DNA of 64,000 nucleotides from assembly GCA_050287085.1 (NCBI GenBank), contig JBNKBE010000002.1, forward strand, positions 1 through 64,000. Reading direction: 5' to 3'. The position numbers were made by a program, and so were the translations under genes. Each line of letters begins with the position of its first letter. Position 1 is the first letter of the stretch. Positions 40,666-49,684 of this stretch are shown here, piece by piece. The DNA comes from Polyangiaceae bacterium. Lineage in GTDB: Bacteria > Myxococcota_A > Polyangia > Polyangiales > Polyangiaceae. The notes under the pieces were generated by a model that worked only from the letters and a program-made list of their open reading frames with translations, searched no databases and was not told the DNA's origin.

Positions 40666-41070
40666 ATGACACTAGCGCTCACGCTCAAGGAGGTCGCTCG
40701 CTCCGTGCCCAAGTGTCACGCTTGCGCGGTTGTTGATTGCCGAGCAGGACTTCTTGTTGCGAGCCGGAGGGTAGATCCTCAGGTGAGCGATTGTCTCGAG
40801 GGGGTGGCGGCTGCGAGCACGGGTCTATTCGAAGGCACAAGAGCCGTGGACATGGGCATGTTGTGTGGCGAGCTCATGAACCCCGCGAACGTCGTACAGC
40901 AGCAGACGACTGAGGTCGTTTTGGTTTCGGGAGAGTACTTGCATGTATTTCAGCGTTGTCCAGGGGCCGCGTCTTGGGTGTTGGTGCTGATCTGTGACTT
41001 GTCCGCGAACCTCGGAATGGTTCTGACGCGGTCTCGAACCTATCTCAACGCTTTAGCCGAGCTTCAATAG
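40666..41070 (+). CDS. Roadblock/LC7 (MglB-fold)-like small protein
   Basis: 134 aa; pattern helix, AVVD..GLL, helix, EVVLVS..LHVF, VLVLIC...ANLGMV fits roadblock topology. Confidence 0.65.
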   Translation: MTLALTLKEVARSVPKCHACAVVDCRAGLLVASRRVDPQVSDCLEGVAAASTGLFEGTRAVDMGMLCGELMNPANVVQQQTTEVVLVSGEYLHVFQRCPGAASWVLVLICDLSANLGMVLTRSRTYLNALAELQ

Positions 41071-41082
41071 GCCAGGTGCGCT

Positions 41083-41985
41083 GTGGGAACTGAGCATCGC
41101 TTTTCGACCTTGCCGGCCGTTGATGCCGCGTCGTCCCCGGCGAGGAGCGTACCGCTCCGTCGTCTCACCGCCTTCTTCCGACGCGTTGAAGATCTCGGCC
41201 CCGACGCGACGGGCGCCTTGTTGTTCGCTTGCGAGGCGAGAGACGTGGGTGCGCTCTTGATCGAGCGAGGGCGGGTATGTTGGGCGGCGACCCCCGAGAT
41301 GAGAGCACGCTTCACCGCGCTAATCTGCGACCAGAGTGAGGGGCGCCTAGCTCCGGAGCAGGTGAGGGCGGTCTACAAGCGCTGCATCGAGAGCGGAGAG
41401 CCCCTGGGTCAGACCCTCGTCGCTGACGGCGTCGTCAGCGACGAGGGCTTGCGGCGTGTCTTGCGCCAACACAATGCAGAGGCCGTGGCCCTGCTCAGTC
41501 TACCCGGGCGGGTTGCAACCTGGCATCCGAGACCGGATCACAGCTATGACCCGCGTTTCTCGTTTACCCCGGCAGAACTCTACGTCAGCGTCGGGGCCTT
41601 GGCGAACGTGCCGGGTGCACGAGTGGCGCGCTCGCGACTGCGTGCGTTGGCGTCTCCACCGAACATTGGCGCAGGCTTCATCGTCACTGGCCATGAGCTC
41701 TTGCCGGTGGCTGAAGTCAACGGTAGCGCCATCAGCGTGGCTCAATTGCAGGTGCTCGAGGGTTGGTTGGGAGAGCTGGCCCAGACCACCACGCTGGGTA
41801 TGGGGGCGCCGAGGCTCTCGCTGTTGCGCACCGAGAGCGACCAGTGTGCGCTAGGGTGGTTCGAAGGGTGCTTGGCGTTTGCTGTCCTCAGTGCCCATTC
41901 GCAGCAGTCATATCGATTGATGAGTCGTTTGGTACATCCTCAGAGCGGCGAATTTCCGCTGGGTCTTACGGCAAATGGGGGATGA
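41083..41985 (+). CDS. PATAN/DUF4388-like protein with MshEN-like motif
   Basis: TGALLF...GALLIERGRVCWA and PLGQTLVADGVVSDEGLRRVL; begins 12 bp after the roadblock-like gene. Confidence 0.6.
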   Translation: MGTEHRFSTLPAVDAASSPARSVPLRRLTAFFRRVEDLGPDATGALLFACEARDVGALLIERGRVCWAATPEMRARFTALICDQSEGRLAPEQVRAVYKRCIESGEPLGQTLVADGVVSDEGLRRVLRQHNAEAVALLSLPGRVATWHPRPDHSYDPRFSFTPAELYVSVGALANVPGARVARSRLRALASPPNIGAGFIVTGHELLPVAEVNGSAISVAQLQVLEGWLGELAQTTTLGMGAPRLSLLRTESDQCALGWFEGCLAFAVLSAHSQQSYRLMSRLVHPQSGEFPLGLTANGG

Positions 41986-42245
41986 ACCATAACGGCTGGT
42001 GGGGGTAAATGAGTGCGTCTCCTTGGCGCGGCTTTTGCGCTCATTGTGCCTGGTTCTAGCGGCTTCCGCTTGTACACTTAGGACCACATCCGGGGGCTCT
42101 GCGACCTACCAATAAGTGAAGAGAGCGTCCCTGGTCTGTTCGAAAAGCCGCAGCAAGGAGTCGGGCCTCAACGCTTGAGCCTCGACTCTGCGGAGTCCAG
42201 GAGCGACTGCGCGCGGCGCAGCGACAGAGCGAAAGAAACTCTCAA

Positions 42246-43661
42246 ATGCCTTCCAGTAATCGAGATCGTCATGAGGCCCGACAAGAAGCGGCACGTGTTT
42301 CGCCGGCACCGGCGATCGCTTGCCGCGGCGTTAGGGCGGGTTTTGGCGAGAAGACGATTCTGCATGGACTGACATTCGACATTGCCAGCCGGGGGATCGT
42401 CGCACTGCTGGGGCCCGCGGGCGTCGGAAAGAGCACATTGCTCCGCACGTTGGCCAGATACAACGAACTAATTCCCAGTTTCTGGACGGACGGTCGCATC
42501 GAGTTCGAGGGACGTGATCTGCTGACGGAGACCGACATCGAAGAGGCGCACGCGCGGGTCGCCTTGTTGGCGCAGAAGGCACGTCTATTCACCGCCACCG
42601 TGCTCGAGAACGCGATCTTCATGGCCACGCCGGCCCACCCCATATCCAAACTGCGCAAGCGGGAGCTCGCAGAAGAAATCCTACAACCATTGGGGTTATG
42701 GCGGCGCTTTGAGTCGCGCCTCGGAGAGCGGGTTACGGCGCTTTCCATCGCCGAACAGCGCATGCTTGGGTTAGCACGCCTAGTGGGGGGCGGTGCGCGT
42801 GTGATTCTTGCCGATGAGCCCTTGCGCGATATTGCCGAAGCGGAAACGTCGGAGCTGCTAGCGCTGTTCAAGCGGCTCGCCGAGACCTGCGCCGTTGTGG
42901 TTGTCACGCATCACCAGGGGCACGCCCGCGCCCTCGCCGATCGCATCCTCTTCGTCGTGGGAGGGCGCTTGGTTGAACAGGCCGGCACGGACGCGTTTTT
43001 TGAGCGGCCGGACACCGAGATGGGACGGGACTTCCTATCGTCCGGTAGCTGCTGGCCCAAGGACTTGGACGAGTTCAAAGCCTACGAGACGCCGACGGAT
43101 GAATCGGGGGCGAAGTCGATGGCGAGCGAGCCCGAGTCGTCGCCTACGGTATCGACCCCGGTGCGAAGCGTTCGTCAGTCGGGCCCTATGCCGGGCGGCT
43201 TCCACTGGATCCTACGAGGCGTGTTGGGGGGCATGCAGCGACCCGGGTTGCTGGTCGAGGAAGAGGACGACCTAAACGCTTTGCAGCGCCTTGGGGTGAC
43301 GATGCTCGTCACGTTGACGGAGGAGCCGTACCCCGCCGCAAAGCTTGCACCCTTTGGAGTCGACGCGGTCCACTTTCCGATCCGCGACATGGGGGTGCCC
43401 TCACTGGCTGATGCTCGTGACTTGTGTGCGCAGCTAGCTCCTCGCATCAAGCGAGGGGAGCCGACGATTCTGCACTGCAAGGCCGGCTTGGGGCGCACGG
43501 GGACGATGCTAGCTTGTTGTCTCGTATTTGGCGGGGTCGAGCCCTTGAGGGCGATCCACGAAGTGCGCCAAATAAATCCCCTCTATATCCAAAGCCAGGA
43601 GCAACTGGAGTTCATCTCTGCGTTTGGCCCCTACGTTCGCGAGTCATCGAGCCCTTCCTGA
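42246..43661 (+). CDS. PstB-like ABC ATPase fused to a dual-specificity (CX5R) phosphatase
   Basis: Walker A GPAGVGKS, signature LSIAEQ, Walker B VILADEP and H-loop VTHH; C-terminal FPIRDMGVP and HCKAGLGRTG. Confidence 0.88.
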   Translation: MPSSNRDRHEARQEAARVSPAPAIACRGVRAGFGEKTILHGLTFDIASRGIVALLGPAGVGKSTLLRTLARYNELIPSFWTDGRIEFEGRDLLTETDIEEAHARVALLAQKARLFTATVLENAIFMATPAHPISKLRKRELAEEILQPLGLWRRFESRLGERVTALSIAEQRMLGLARLVGGGARVILADEPLRDIAEAETSELLALFKRLAETCAVVVVTHHQGHARALADRILFVVGGRLVEQAGTDAFFERPDTEMGRDFLSSGSCWPKDLDEFKAYETPTDESGAKSMASEPESSPTVSTPVRSVRQSGPMPGGFHWILRGVLGGMQRPGLLVEEEDDLNALQRLGVTMLVTLTEEPYPAAKLAPFGVDAVHFPIRDMGVPSLADARDLCAQLAPRIKRGEPTILHCKAGLGRTGTMLACCLVFGGVEPLRAIHEVRQINPLYIQSQEQLEFISAFGPYVRESSSPS

Positions 43662-43665
43662 TGAC

Positions 43666-44991
43666 TTAGGGGAGCAGTCTCAAGTCGAATGCTAGCAGAC
43701 CCGGCTGTGCATGACCGACCACTGGCGAGACGAGTTGACTGACCGCGGCTTGGACGCAGGCGTCCGCGTTGGAGCAAGGCGCGCCTTCGACGCGGGTGTG
43801 TCGAGCTCCCGTGTCGTCGATCCGAAGCACCACCCGCATGGCTGCGTCCGGGTACTGTTCAAGGCAGGTCTGGAGCGGAGCGCGTAAGGCCTGAAGGCGA
43901 AGATTCCAGTGAGCCGGCGTGGCCATGCCGTTGAAGGTGGCGTTCACCAACGCGACCGAGGCCCGAGGGCTGTCCGCGTTGTCCGCCAAAGTAAGATCCA
44001 GCGGCGCGTCCGTGGGGTCCTTACCCGAGGAGGACGGCGCGGGCGCTGCCGTCGCTAGCGGTATTGCTCGCAATGGTAGGGGCAGTCTCGTCGGGGCAGT
44101 TGCGGTCGAGCCTAGGGTCGTAGCGGCCGGTTCAGCCGCCCGGGGCGAGTCGCTGCCATGCAGCTCGGCGACCGGTCGTGCTGAGGGCGTTTCAACGGGC
44201 TGATTGTGGGAGGCGCGCGATAGAACACTCTCGACGCGGCTCGCTTTTCTGGAGGCCGGCGCTGGGGATAGGTGAGCCGCCGGACGGGGTGATAGAGCCA
44301 TGGGACGGTCCTGGTTTTGCGGCCTGGTAAGCCACAGTCCGATGGCCGCAACACCACTGGCTACGACCATCGCGAGCGGAACGCGGCCGCGATCATGCCA
44401 GCGCTGCGTCGCCAAGCGATTCGACTTTGGAGCGAATCCTGCAGTCCTTGCCTGGTTTCGTGGCGGTGGAATGGGAGCGGGTGGGGTCGTGCGGACGGTT
44501 GGGGATAGGGTGATGACCGAAGCAGCCTGTGCTTTGGGCGAATCGCTTTCTTCCCCGAAGTCCGTGTGTCCTTCTGGCAAAGGGTTCATCCGAAGGCGGC
44601 GGGTAGTGTCCTTGCGGGTCTTCAGGGGGCCTGTGCCGACGGCTTCGGCCCCCAGGGCCGCGTCCAAGATGAGCTGCTCCCATGGGGTATGGATCGTTTG
44701 TTCCGAATGGAGCCCAGCCAGGGCTTCTGGCACGATGCCGGCGTTGATGACGGACAGTCGACGAAAGGCGTCTTCGCCGCGGCCTATCAGGTCTTCGGCA
44801 TCCCAGACGCACCCGCCTCGGATGGTGATGACGCCGACTGAGCCTACTGGTCCTAGCGCAACAAGACGCACGGAGCGTCGGGCCATGCAGGCAAGCTGTA
44901 CGTAGTCCGCCATGGAGAAGACGGCCTCGGCGGTGAGGGACTCAGACCTTCTCGGTGGATTCAGGTGTGGATGCAGGGTAGATCGGGACAC
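43666..44991 (-). CDS. DUF4388-like N-domain, TM, Pro-rich linker, AgmX/PglI-C-like domain protein
   Basis: FSMADYVQL, GVITIRGGCVWDA..GEDAFRRL, WEQLILDA; TM VPLAMVVASGVAAIGLWL; C-terminal LQTC...CVQAAV. Start uncertain. Confidence 0.6.
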   Translation of the reverse strand: MSRSTLHPHLNPPRRSESLTAEAVFSMADYVQLACMARRSVRLVALGPVGSVGVITIRGGCVWDAEDLIGRGEDAFRRLSVINAGIVPEALAGLHSEQTIHTPWEQLILDAALGAEAVGTGPLKTRKDTTRRLRMNPLPEGHTDFGEESDSPKAQAASVITLSPTVRTTPPAPIPPPRNQARTAGFAPKSNRLATQRWHDRGRVPLAMVVASGVAAIGLWLTRPQNQDRPMALSPRPAAHLSPAPASRKASRVESVLSRASHNQPVETPSARPVAELHGSDSPRAAEPAATTLGSTATAPTRLPLPLRAIPLATAAPAPSSSGKDPTDAPLDLTLADNADSPRASVALVNATFNGMATPAHWNLRLQALRAPLQTCLEQYPDAAMRVVLRIDDTGARHTRVEGAPCSNADACVQAAVSQLVSPVVGHAQPGLLAFDLRLLP

Positions 44992-45234
44992 GGGGTAACG
45001 CCTACTGCTGGGGATATGGACGCAACGGCCCAACCAGCTCTCCGCTGAAGTCCTGGAGGGCGGTTCATTGATTGGTAGTCGGTCCGGACCTGCCCCTAGG
45101 GGTTGAACTGAACCCCAAGGCCCCGGCCGAAACCGAAAGGCAGGGAGCCAGCAATCGCTTCCCGCTTCTCCGAGCAAGACTAGGGGCGTCTGTGTGCTTT
45201 ACGGCACCCCGCAGATCAGCTAGTTCTGATTGAC

Positions 45235-46425
45235 ATGACTCATCCGCGCGAGGCACGCCGCCCGCTGCTGCGGGCGCGGCGCGGGTGCCTTTGGTGCGTC
45301 TGGGGCTGTCGAGTCGGGCTTTCCTGTCTGACCTTGATATCATCCGCCTGTGGCCGGACCAATATCGGTTCTGGTGGGCCGCGAGTTGGGCACAAGGCGC
45401 AGGTCGTGGCATTGGATAACACGCAGGTGCAGTTGTTGGGTCGCGGTGAGCTGCGGGGAGGACGCTACCGCCTCGGGTACCCAGGAGCGGGCTTTCGCGT
45501 ACTGTTGAACGGACGCAGCCTTGCGGTGCGGGGGAGTTCGACTTCTGGTAAGGCCCGCTTTGCCGTCTTGCAGGATGGACGGCGCATCGCTGTCGTGCAG
45601 CTGCCTCGCTGGCCTCGAACGCTTACGGTCTTCGAGGCAGCCAAAGAGGACGTTGCGCCCTATGAGATTGAGTTCGTTCATCTCAACGAGACCTGGCAGG
45701 GCGAGGCGACCCTCTCCTCTTTGAGCGTAGAAGGTGAACTGCAGCCTCCTCGAACGCGCCGGCTCAAGTTGCTTTTCGTGGGCGACTCTGTGACCTGCGG
45801 TGAAGGCGTGTATCGCCAGCCAAACTGCGCGAAGAATGAGCAGTCGTGGGACGTTCTTCATTCATACGGAGGGCTGGTCGCTAGGCGTCTCAACGCTGAG
45901 GCCCACTTTGTCTGCTTCGGCGGGCGCGGTCTGGTGCGCGACTACCGCGGTCGCTCGGACGTCTTGAACGCACCGCAGTTCTTCGAGCTGGCGGTTCCAA
46001 GCGACAGCGCACCCGCGTCCTGGTCGCATGGGCAATTTCGCCCAGATGCTGTGGTCGTGTCGCTCGGGACAAACGACTTCAATTTGGCACTTGGCGCGTT
46101 TCCGTCGCGAGACGCGTTTGTCGGAGCCGCGCTCGCATTTCTGGCTCGCGTCCGAGCCGTGTACCCCGGAGCGTGGCTCGTCGTGACCCAAGGGGCCATC
46201 GTTTCCGATACAGAGGTCGGTCAGCGCGCCACCCTGATCGACTACTTGGAGACGAGCGTACGAGAGTTTCGAGATCCGAAGGTCCGATTCTATAGGTCGA
46301 GCCACCAACCGGGTGATGCGTGTGATGCCCATCCGACGGAGGCGCAACATCAAGTGATGGCGAGCGAGCTACAAGCCGTGCTCTGGCCTTTGCTCGAGGG
46401 GGCGCGCGAGGTGCCTCATGACTGA
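45235..46425 (+). CDS. SGNH/GDSL esterase (CE2 acetylxylan esterase-like)
   Basis: FVGDSVTCG, LGTND and CDAHP; N-terminal beta domain and possible lipobox SSAC. Confidence 0.85.
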   Translation: MTHPREARRPLLRARRGCLWCVWGCRVGLSCLTLISSACGRTNIGSGGPRVGHKAQVVALDNTQVQLLGRGELRGGRYRLGYPGAGFRVLLNGRSLAVRGSSTSGKARFAVLQDGRRIAVVQLPRWPRTLTVFEAAKEDVAPYEIEFVHLNETWQGEATLSSLSVEGELQPPRTRRLKLLFVGDSVTCGEGVYRQPNCAKNEQSWDVLHSYGGLVARRLNAEAHFVCFGGRGLVRDYRGRSDVLNAPQFFELAVPSDSAPASWSHGQFRPDAVVVSLGTNDFNLALGAFPSRDAFVGAALAFLARVRAVYPGAWLVVTQGAIVSDTEVGQRATLIDYLETSVREFRDPKVRFYRSSHQPGDACDAHPTEAQHQVMASELQAVLWPLLEGAREVPHD

Positions 46426-46556
46426 ACGCCCAAGAAGGCAGCTTGCCTTGGACGTTTGCGGCTTTCGCGGGGAGTGAGCCCTTGCTCCCGCAGCGGACCA
46501 AAGTGTTCCATTGTTGTCACCGACGTGTAACGGGCTCCTCCTAGCTTCGCTACCAA

Positions 46557-47276
46557 ATGGCTACTGTGCTTTTGGTGGAGGACGATCCAGATATCCGTTC
46601 CGTCTTGGATTTCAATCTTAGGAGGGAGGGGTTTGACACCGTGCTGGCGGAGTACGGTTCGAAGGCTCTGCGCTTTCTCAGCGAGGGGCAAGTCGACCTT
46701 GTCGTGCTCGACCTGATGCTTCCCGACATATCGGGCCTGGATGTATGCCGGGAGGCGCGGCGTGGCGAGGGGCGTCAAGTGCCGATCATCATGCTGACCG
46801 CGAAGGGGCACGAGTCCGATCGTCTCGAGGGCTTTGAGTGTGGCGCTGACGACTATCTGGCCAAGCCCTTCAGCATGCGAGAGCTCATGATGCGGATCCG
46901 TGCTGTGATGCGTCGCTTTCGCGGTCAAGCCGTCGCGCAGAGCGAAAGCACGAGGCTGGAAGCGCATGGTATCATCGTAGATCAAGCCGCTCATAAGGTG
47001 TTCGTCGCAGGGGCGGAGGTGACCTTGACGCTGACCGAGTATCAGCTCCTGGTGATGCTGATGCAGCGACCGGGGCGCGTGTTTTCGAGGCGACAGCTGC
47101 TGGTGCAGGTGTGGAAGATGCCCGAGACGGTCGTGACGCGCACTGTGGACACCCACGTCAAGCGCTTGAGGGAGAAGCTTGGGGGCGCTGGGTTTGCCAT
47201 CGAGACAGTGCGTGGAGTCGGCTATCGCCTGGTCGATCCCGCGGACATGCCTCAGGGCGCGACGCTGCAGGCCTGA
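46557..47276 (+). CDS. OmpR/PhoB-family response regulator
   Basis: VEDD, LDLMLPD, GADDY.KPF and RTVDTHVKRLREKL..IETVRGVGY. Confidence 0.95.
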   Translation: MATVLLVEDDPDIRSVLDFNLRREGFDTVLAEYGSKALRFLSEGQVDLVVLDLMLPDISGLDVCREARRGEGRQVPIIMLTAKGHESDRLEGFECGADDYLAKPFSMRELMMRIRAVMRRFRGQAVAQSESTRLEAHGIIVDQAAHKVFVAGAEVTLTLTEYQLLVMLMQRPGRVFSRRQLLVQVWKMPETVVTRTVDTHVKRLREKLGGAGFAIETVRGVGYRLVDPADMPQGATLQA

Positions 47277-47299
47277 GGCGCGCCCGGTACGGGCGCGCC
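47277..47299. terminator. Perfect 10-bp GC hairpin between the convergent response regulator and hemB
   Basis: ggcgcgcccg-gta-cgggcgcgcc immediately after the stop; no U-tract. Confidence 0.5.
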
Positions 47300-47398
47300 G
47301 GACCGTCAGAGCGCTGGAGGCTGGCGGGCTCGCCGTGGGCGAGTCTCCCTATGGGCACGTCCGACGGCCAGCGCGCCGCGCTCGCCGTGAGGCGGGCG

Positions 47399-48370
47399 CT
47401 ATCGGGCCAAGAGGCGCGCCGCGTCGAGGGCTGCGTAGGTGAAGATGATGTCGGCGCCAGCGCGCTTGAAGCAAACGAGCGTTTCCAGCAGACAGCCTTC
47501 GTAGTCGAGCCAGCCCTGAGCCGCGGCGGCTTTCAGCATCGCGTACTCACCGCTGACGTGATAGGCGGCAATGGGCAGAGAGGCGTTGTCTCTGACGAAG
47601 CGGATCACGTCGAGGTAGGGGAGCCCCGGCTTCACCATCAGTATGTCGGCGCCCTCGGACTCATCGAGTTCGATTTCGCGCAGGCACTCCCGCAGATTAG
47701 CGGGGTCCATCTGGTAGGTCTTTTTGTCGCCGCTCCGCGGGTTGGAGTCCAGGGCGTCGCGGAATGGACCGTAGTACGTGGAGGCGTATTTCGTGCAATA
47801 GCTGCAGATGCCCACGTCGCTAAATCCCTCCTCATCCAAGGCATCCCGGATGGCGCCAACCCTGCCGTCCATCATGTCGGAGGGGGCGACGACGTCGGCG
47901 CCGGCACGAGCTTGGGCTACGGCCATGGCTGCCAGCAGTGGAACGGTTCGATCGTTGTCGATACGGCCGTCGACGAGAACGCCGTCGTGACCGTCGGATG
48001 AATACGGATCGAGGGCGATGTCGGTGAAGACCACGAGCTCCGGAAGCTCTTTTTTGAGAGCGGCGATGGTTCGTTGCATCAGCCCTTTGGGGTTGAGGCT
48101 TTCGGTGCCTTTGGAGTTCTTGAGTCGGTCTTCGATTACCGGAAAGAGCGCCACCCCGGAGACGCCCAGCTCATGCGCCTCGGCTGCTGTCTTGAGCAGT
48201 CGATCCAGGCTTAGGCGTGCTTGGCCGGGCATGGATGCGATGGGGGTCGCGAGGTCTTTGCCCTCTTGCACGAAGAGTGGCAGCACCAGATCGCGCGGCG
48301 CAACGTGGTGTTCGCGGACGAGATTCCGAATGCCTGCGGATACGCGGTTTCGTCGGGGACGGCTCAGCAT
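47399..48370 (-). CDS. hemB: Porphobilinogen synthase
   Basis: RPRR, SDMMDGR, YGPFRDA, YQMDP, MVKP and SGEYAM. Confidence 0.96.
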   Translation of the reverse strand: MLSRPRRNRVSAGIRNLVREHHVAPRDLVLPLFVQEGKDLATPIASMPGQARLSLDRLLKTAAEAHELGVSGVALFPVIEDRLKNSKGTESLNPKGLMQRTIAALKKELPELVVFTDIALDPYSSDGHDGVLVDGRIDNDRTVPLLAAMAVAQARAGADVVAPSDMMDGRVGAIRDALDEEGFSDVGICSYCTKYASTYYGPFRDALDSNPRSGDKKTYQMDPANLRECLREIELDESEGADILMVKPGLPYLDVIRFVRDNASLPIAAYHVSGEYAMLKAAAAQGWLDYEGCLLETLVCFKRAGADIIFTYAALDAARLLAR

Positions 48371-48574
48371 GGCGCAAGCGTAGTCTGCGACCCCGGGTCG
48401 TGGTATCCGAAGCGCAGGCTCTCGCACCTGGTCGGATTGCGGGCCGAGTCCCCTCCGGAGCCCACAGCGAGGCAATTGGCCTCTCCGTCCAGCCGGCGAA
48501 AACCCGCCCGCGCCCCCTAGGTGCGTCTGCTAGTCTTTGTTGGACGTGAGCTCGCGCGGTGGCACAAAGGAAAT

Positions 48575-49684
48575 ATGTCGTTGAAAATCGATCGCGATCA
48601 TTCGCGCTTTCGCCAGATCGTGCGAGGGCGGATTCGCAAGAACCTCAAGCAGTACATTTCCACGGGGGAAATGCTTGGCCGGCAGGGCAACGACATCGTG
48701 TCCATTCCGATCCCGCGGATCGACATCCCACGCTTCACATTCGGAGGCAAACAGCAGGGAGGGGTGAGTCAGGGCTCGGGCCAGCCAGGTGATCCCGTCT
48801 CCGGCGAGGAGGGGCAGGGCACGGGTGCCGGGCAAGCCGGTGAAGGGGAAGGACAGCACACGGTCGAGGTAGACGTCTCCCTGGATGAGCTCGCGGAGAT
48901 TTTGGGCGAGGAGTTGGCGCTGCCGGATATCGAAGACAAAGGCAATAGCGTCATTGAAAGCCGCAAGGAGAAATACACTGGGATCCGTCGGGTTGGCCCG
49001 GAGTCACTGCGTCATTTCAAACGAACCTATAAAGAGGCGCTCAAGCGCTCCATCGCTTCGGGGACCTACGATTCCGGGAGGCCGCTGATCGTGCCTCAAC
49101 ACGATGACAAGCGCTTTCGCTCGTGGAAGGAAACGGCCGCGCCCATGGCCAACGCCGTCATCCTCTACATGATGGACGTTTCCGGATCCATGGGAGAGGA
49201 GCAGAAGGAAATCGTGCGGATTGAGAGCTTCTGGCTCGATACCTGGCTACGCAAGCAGTACCGCGGATTGGAATGCCGCTACATCATTCATGATGCGGTG
49301 GCGCGCGAGGTGGACCGCGATACCTTCTTTCATACGCGTGAGTCTGGGGGAACCATGATTTCGAGCGCGTATAAGCTGTGCCAGAGCATCATCGATGCCG
49401 ACTATCCGTCGGAGCAATGGAACATCTATCCGTTTCACTTCTCCGACGGGGACAATTGGTCGATGGACGACACGCTCGGTTGTATGCGACTGTTGAAGGA
49501 GCAGATGTTGCCCAAGGTGAACATGTTCGCCTACGGTCAGGTCGAGAGCCCCTACGGATCGGGGCAGTTCATCAAGGACCTCACGGAGCATCTTGGCGCT
49601 GACGAGCGCGTCGTCATGAGTGAGATCCCCGATCGCGACGCTATCATGGGCAGCATCAAAGACTTTCTGGGAAAGGGGCGCTGA
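48575..49684 (+). CDS. YeaH/YhbH (DUF444) vWA-like protein
   Basis: [24 protein letters not shown] and HFSDGDNW. Confidence 0.93.
   Translation: MSLKIDRDHSRFRQIVRGRIRKNLKQYISTGEMLGRQGNDIVSIPIPRIDIPRFTFGGKQQGGVSQGSGQPGDPVSGEEGQGTGAGQAGEGEGQHTVEVDVSLDELAEILGEELALPDIEDKGNSVIESRKEKYTGIRRVGPESLRHFKRTYKEALKRSIASGTYDSGRPLIVPQHDDKRFRSWKETAAPMANAVILYMMDVSGSMGEEQKEIVRIESFWLDTWLRKQYRGLECRYIIHDAVAREVDRDTFFHTRESGGTMISSAYKLCQSIIDADYPSEQWNIYPFHFSDGDNWSMDDTLGCMRLLKEQMLPKVNMFAYGQVESPYGSGQFIKDLTEHLGADERVVMSEIPDRDAIMGSIKDFLGKGR

Noticed and set aside
42246..43070. Calling the ABC domain a functional pstB phosphate transporter subunit
   Set aside because: No pstSCA nearby, the signature motif is degenerate, and it is fused to a phosphatase.
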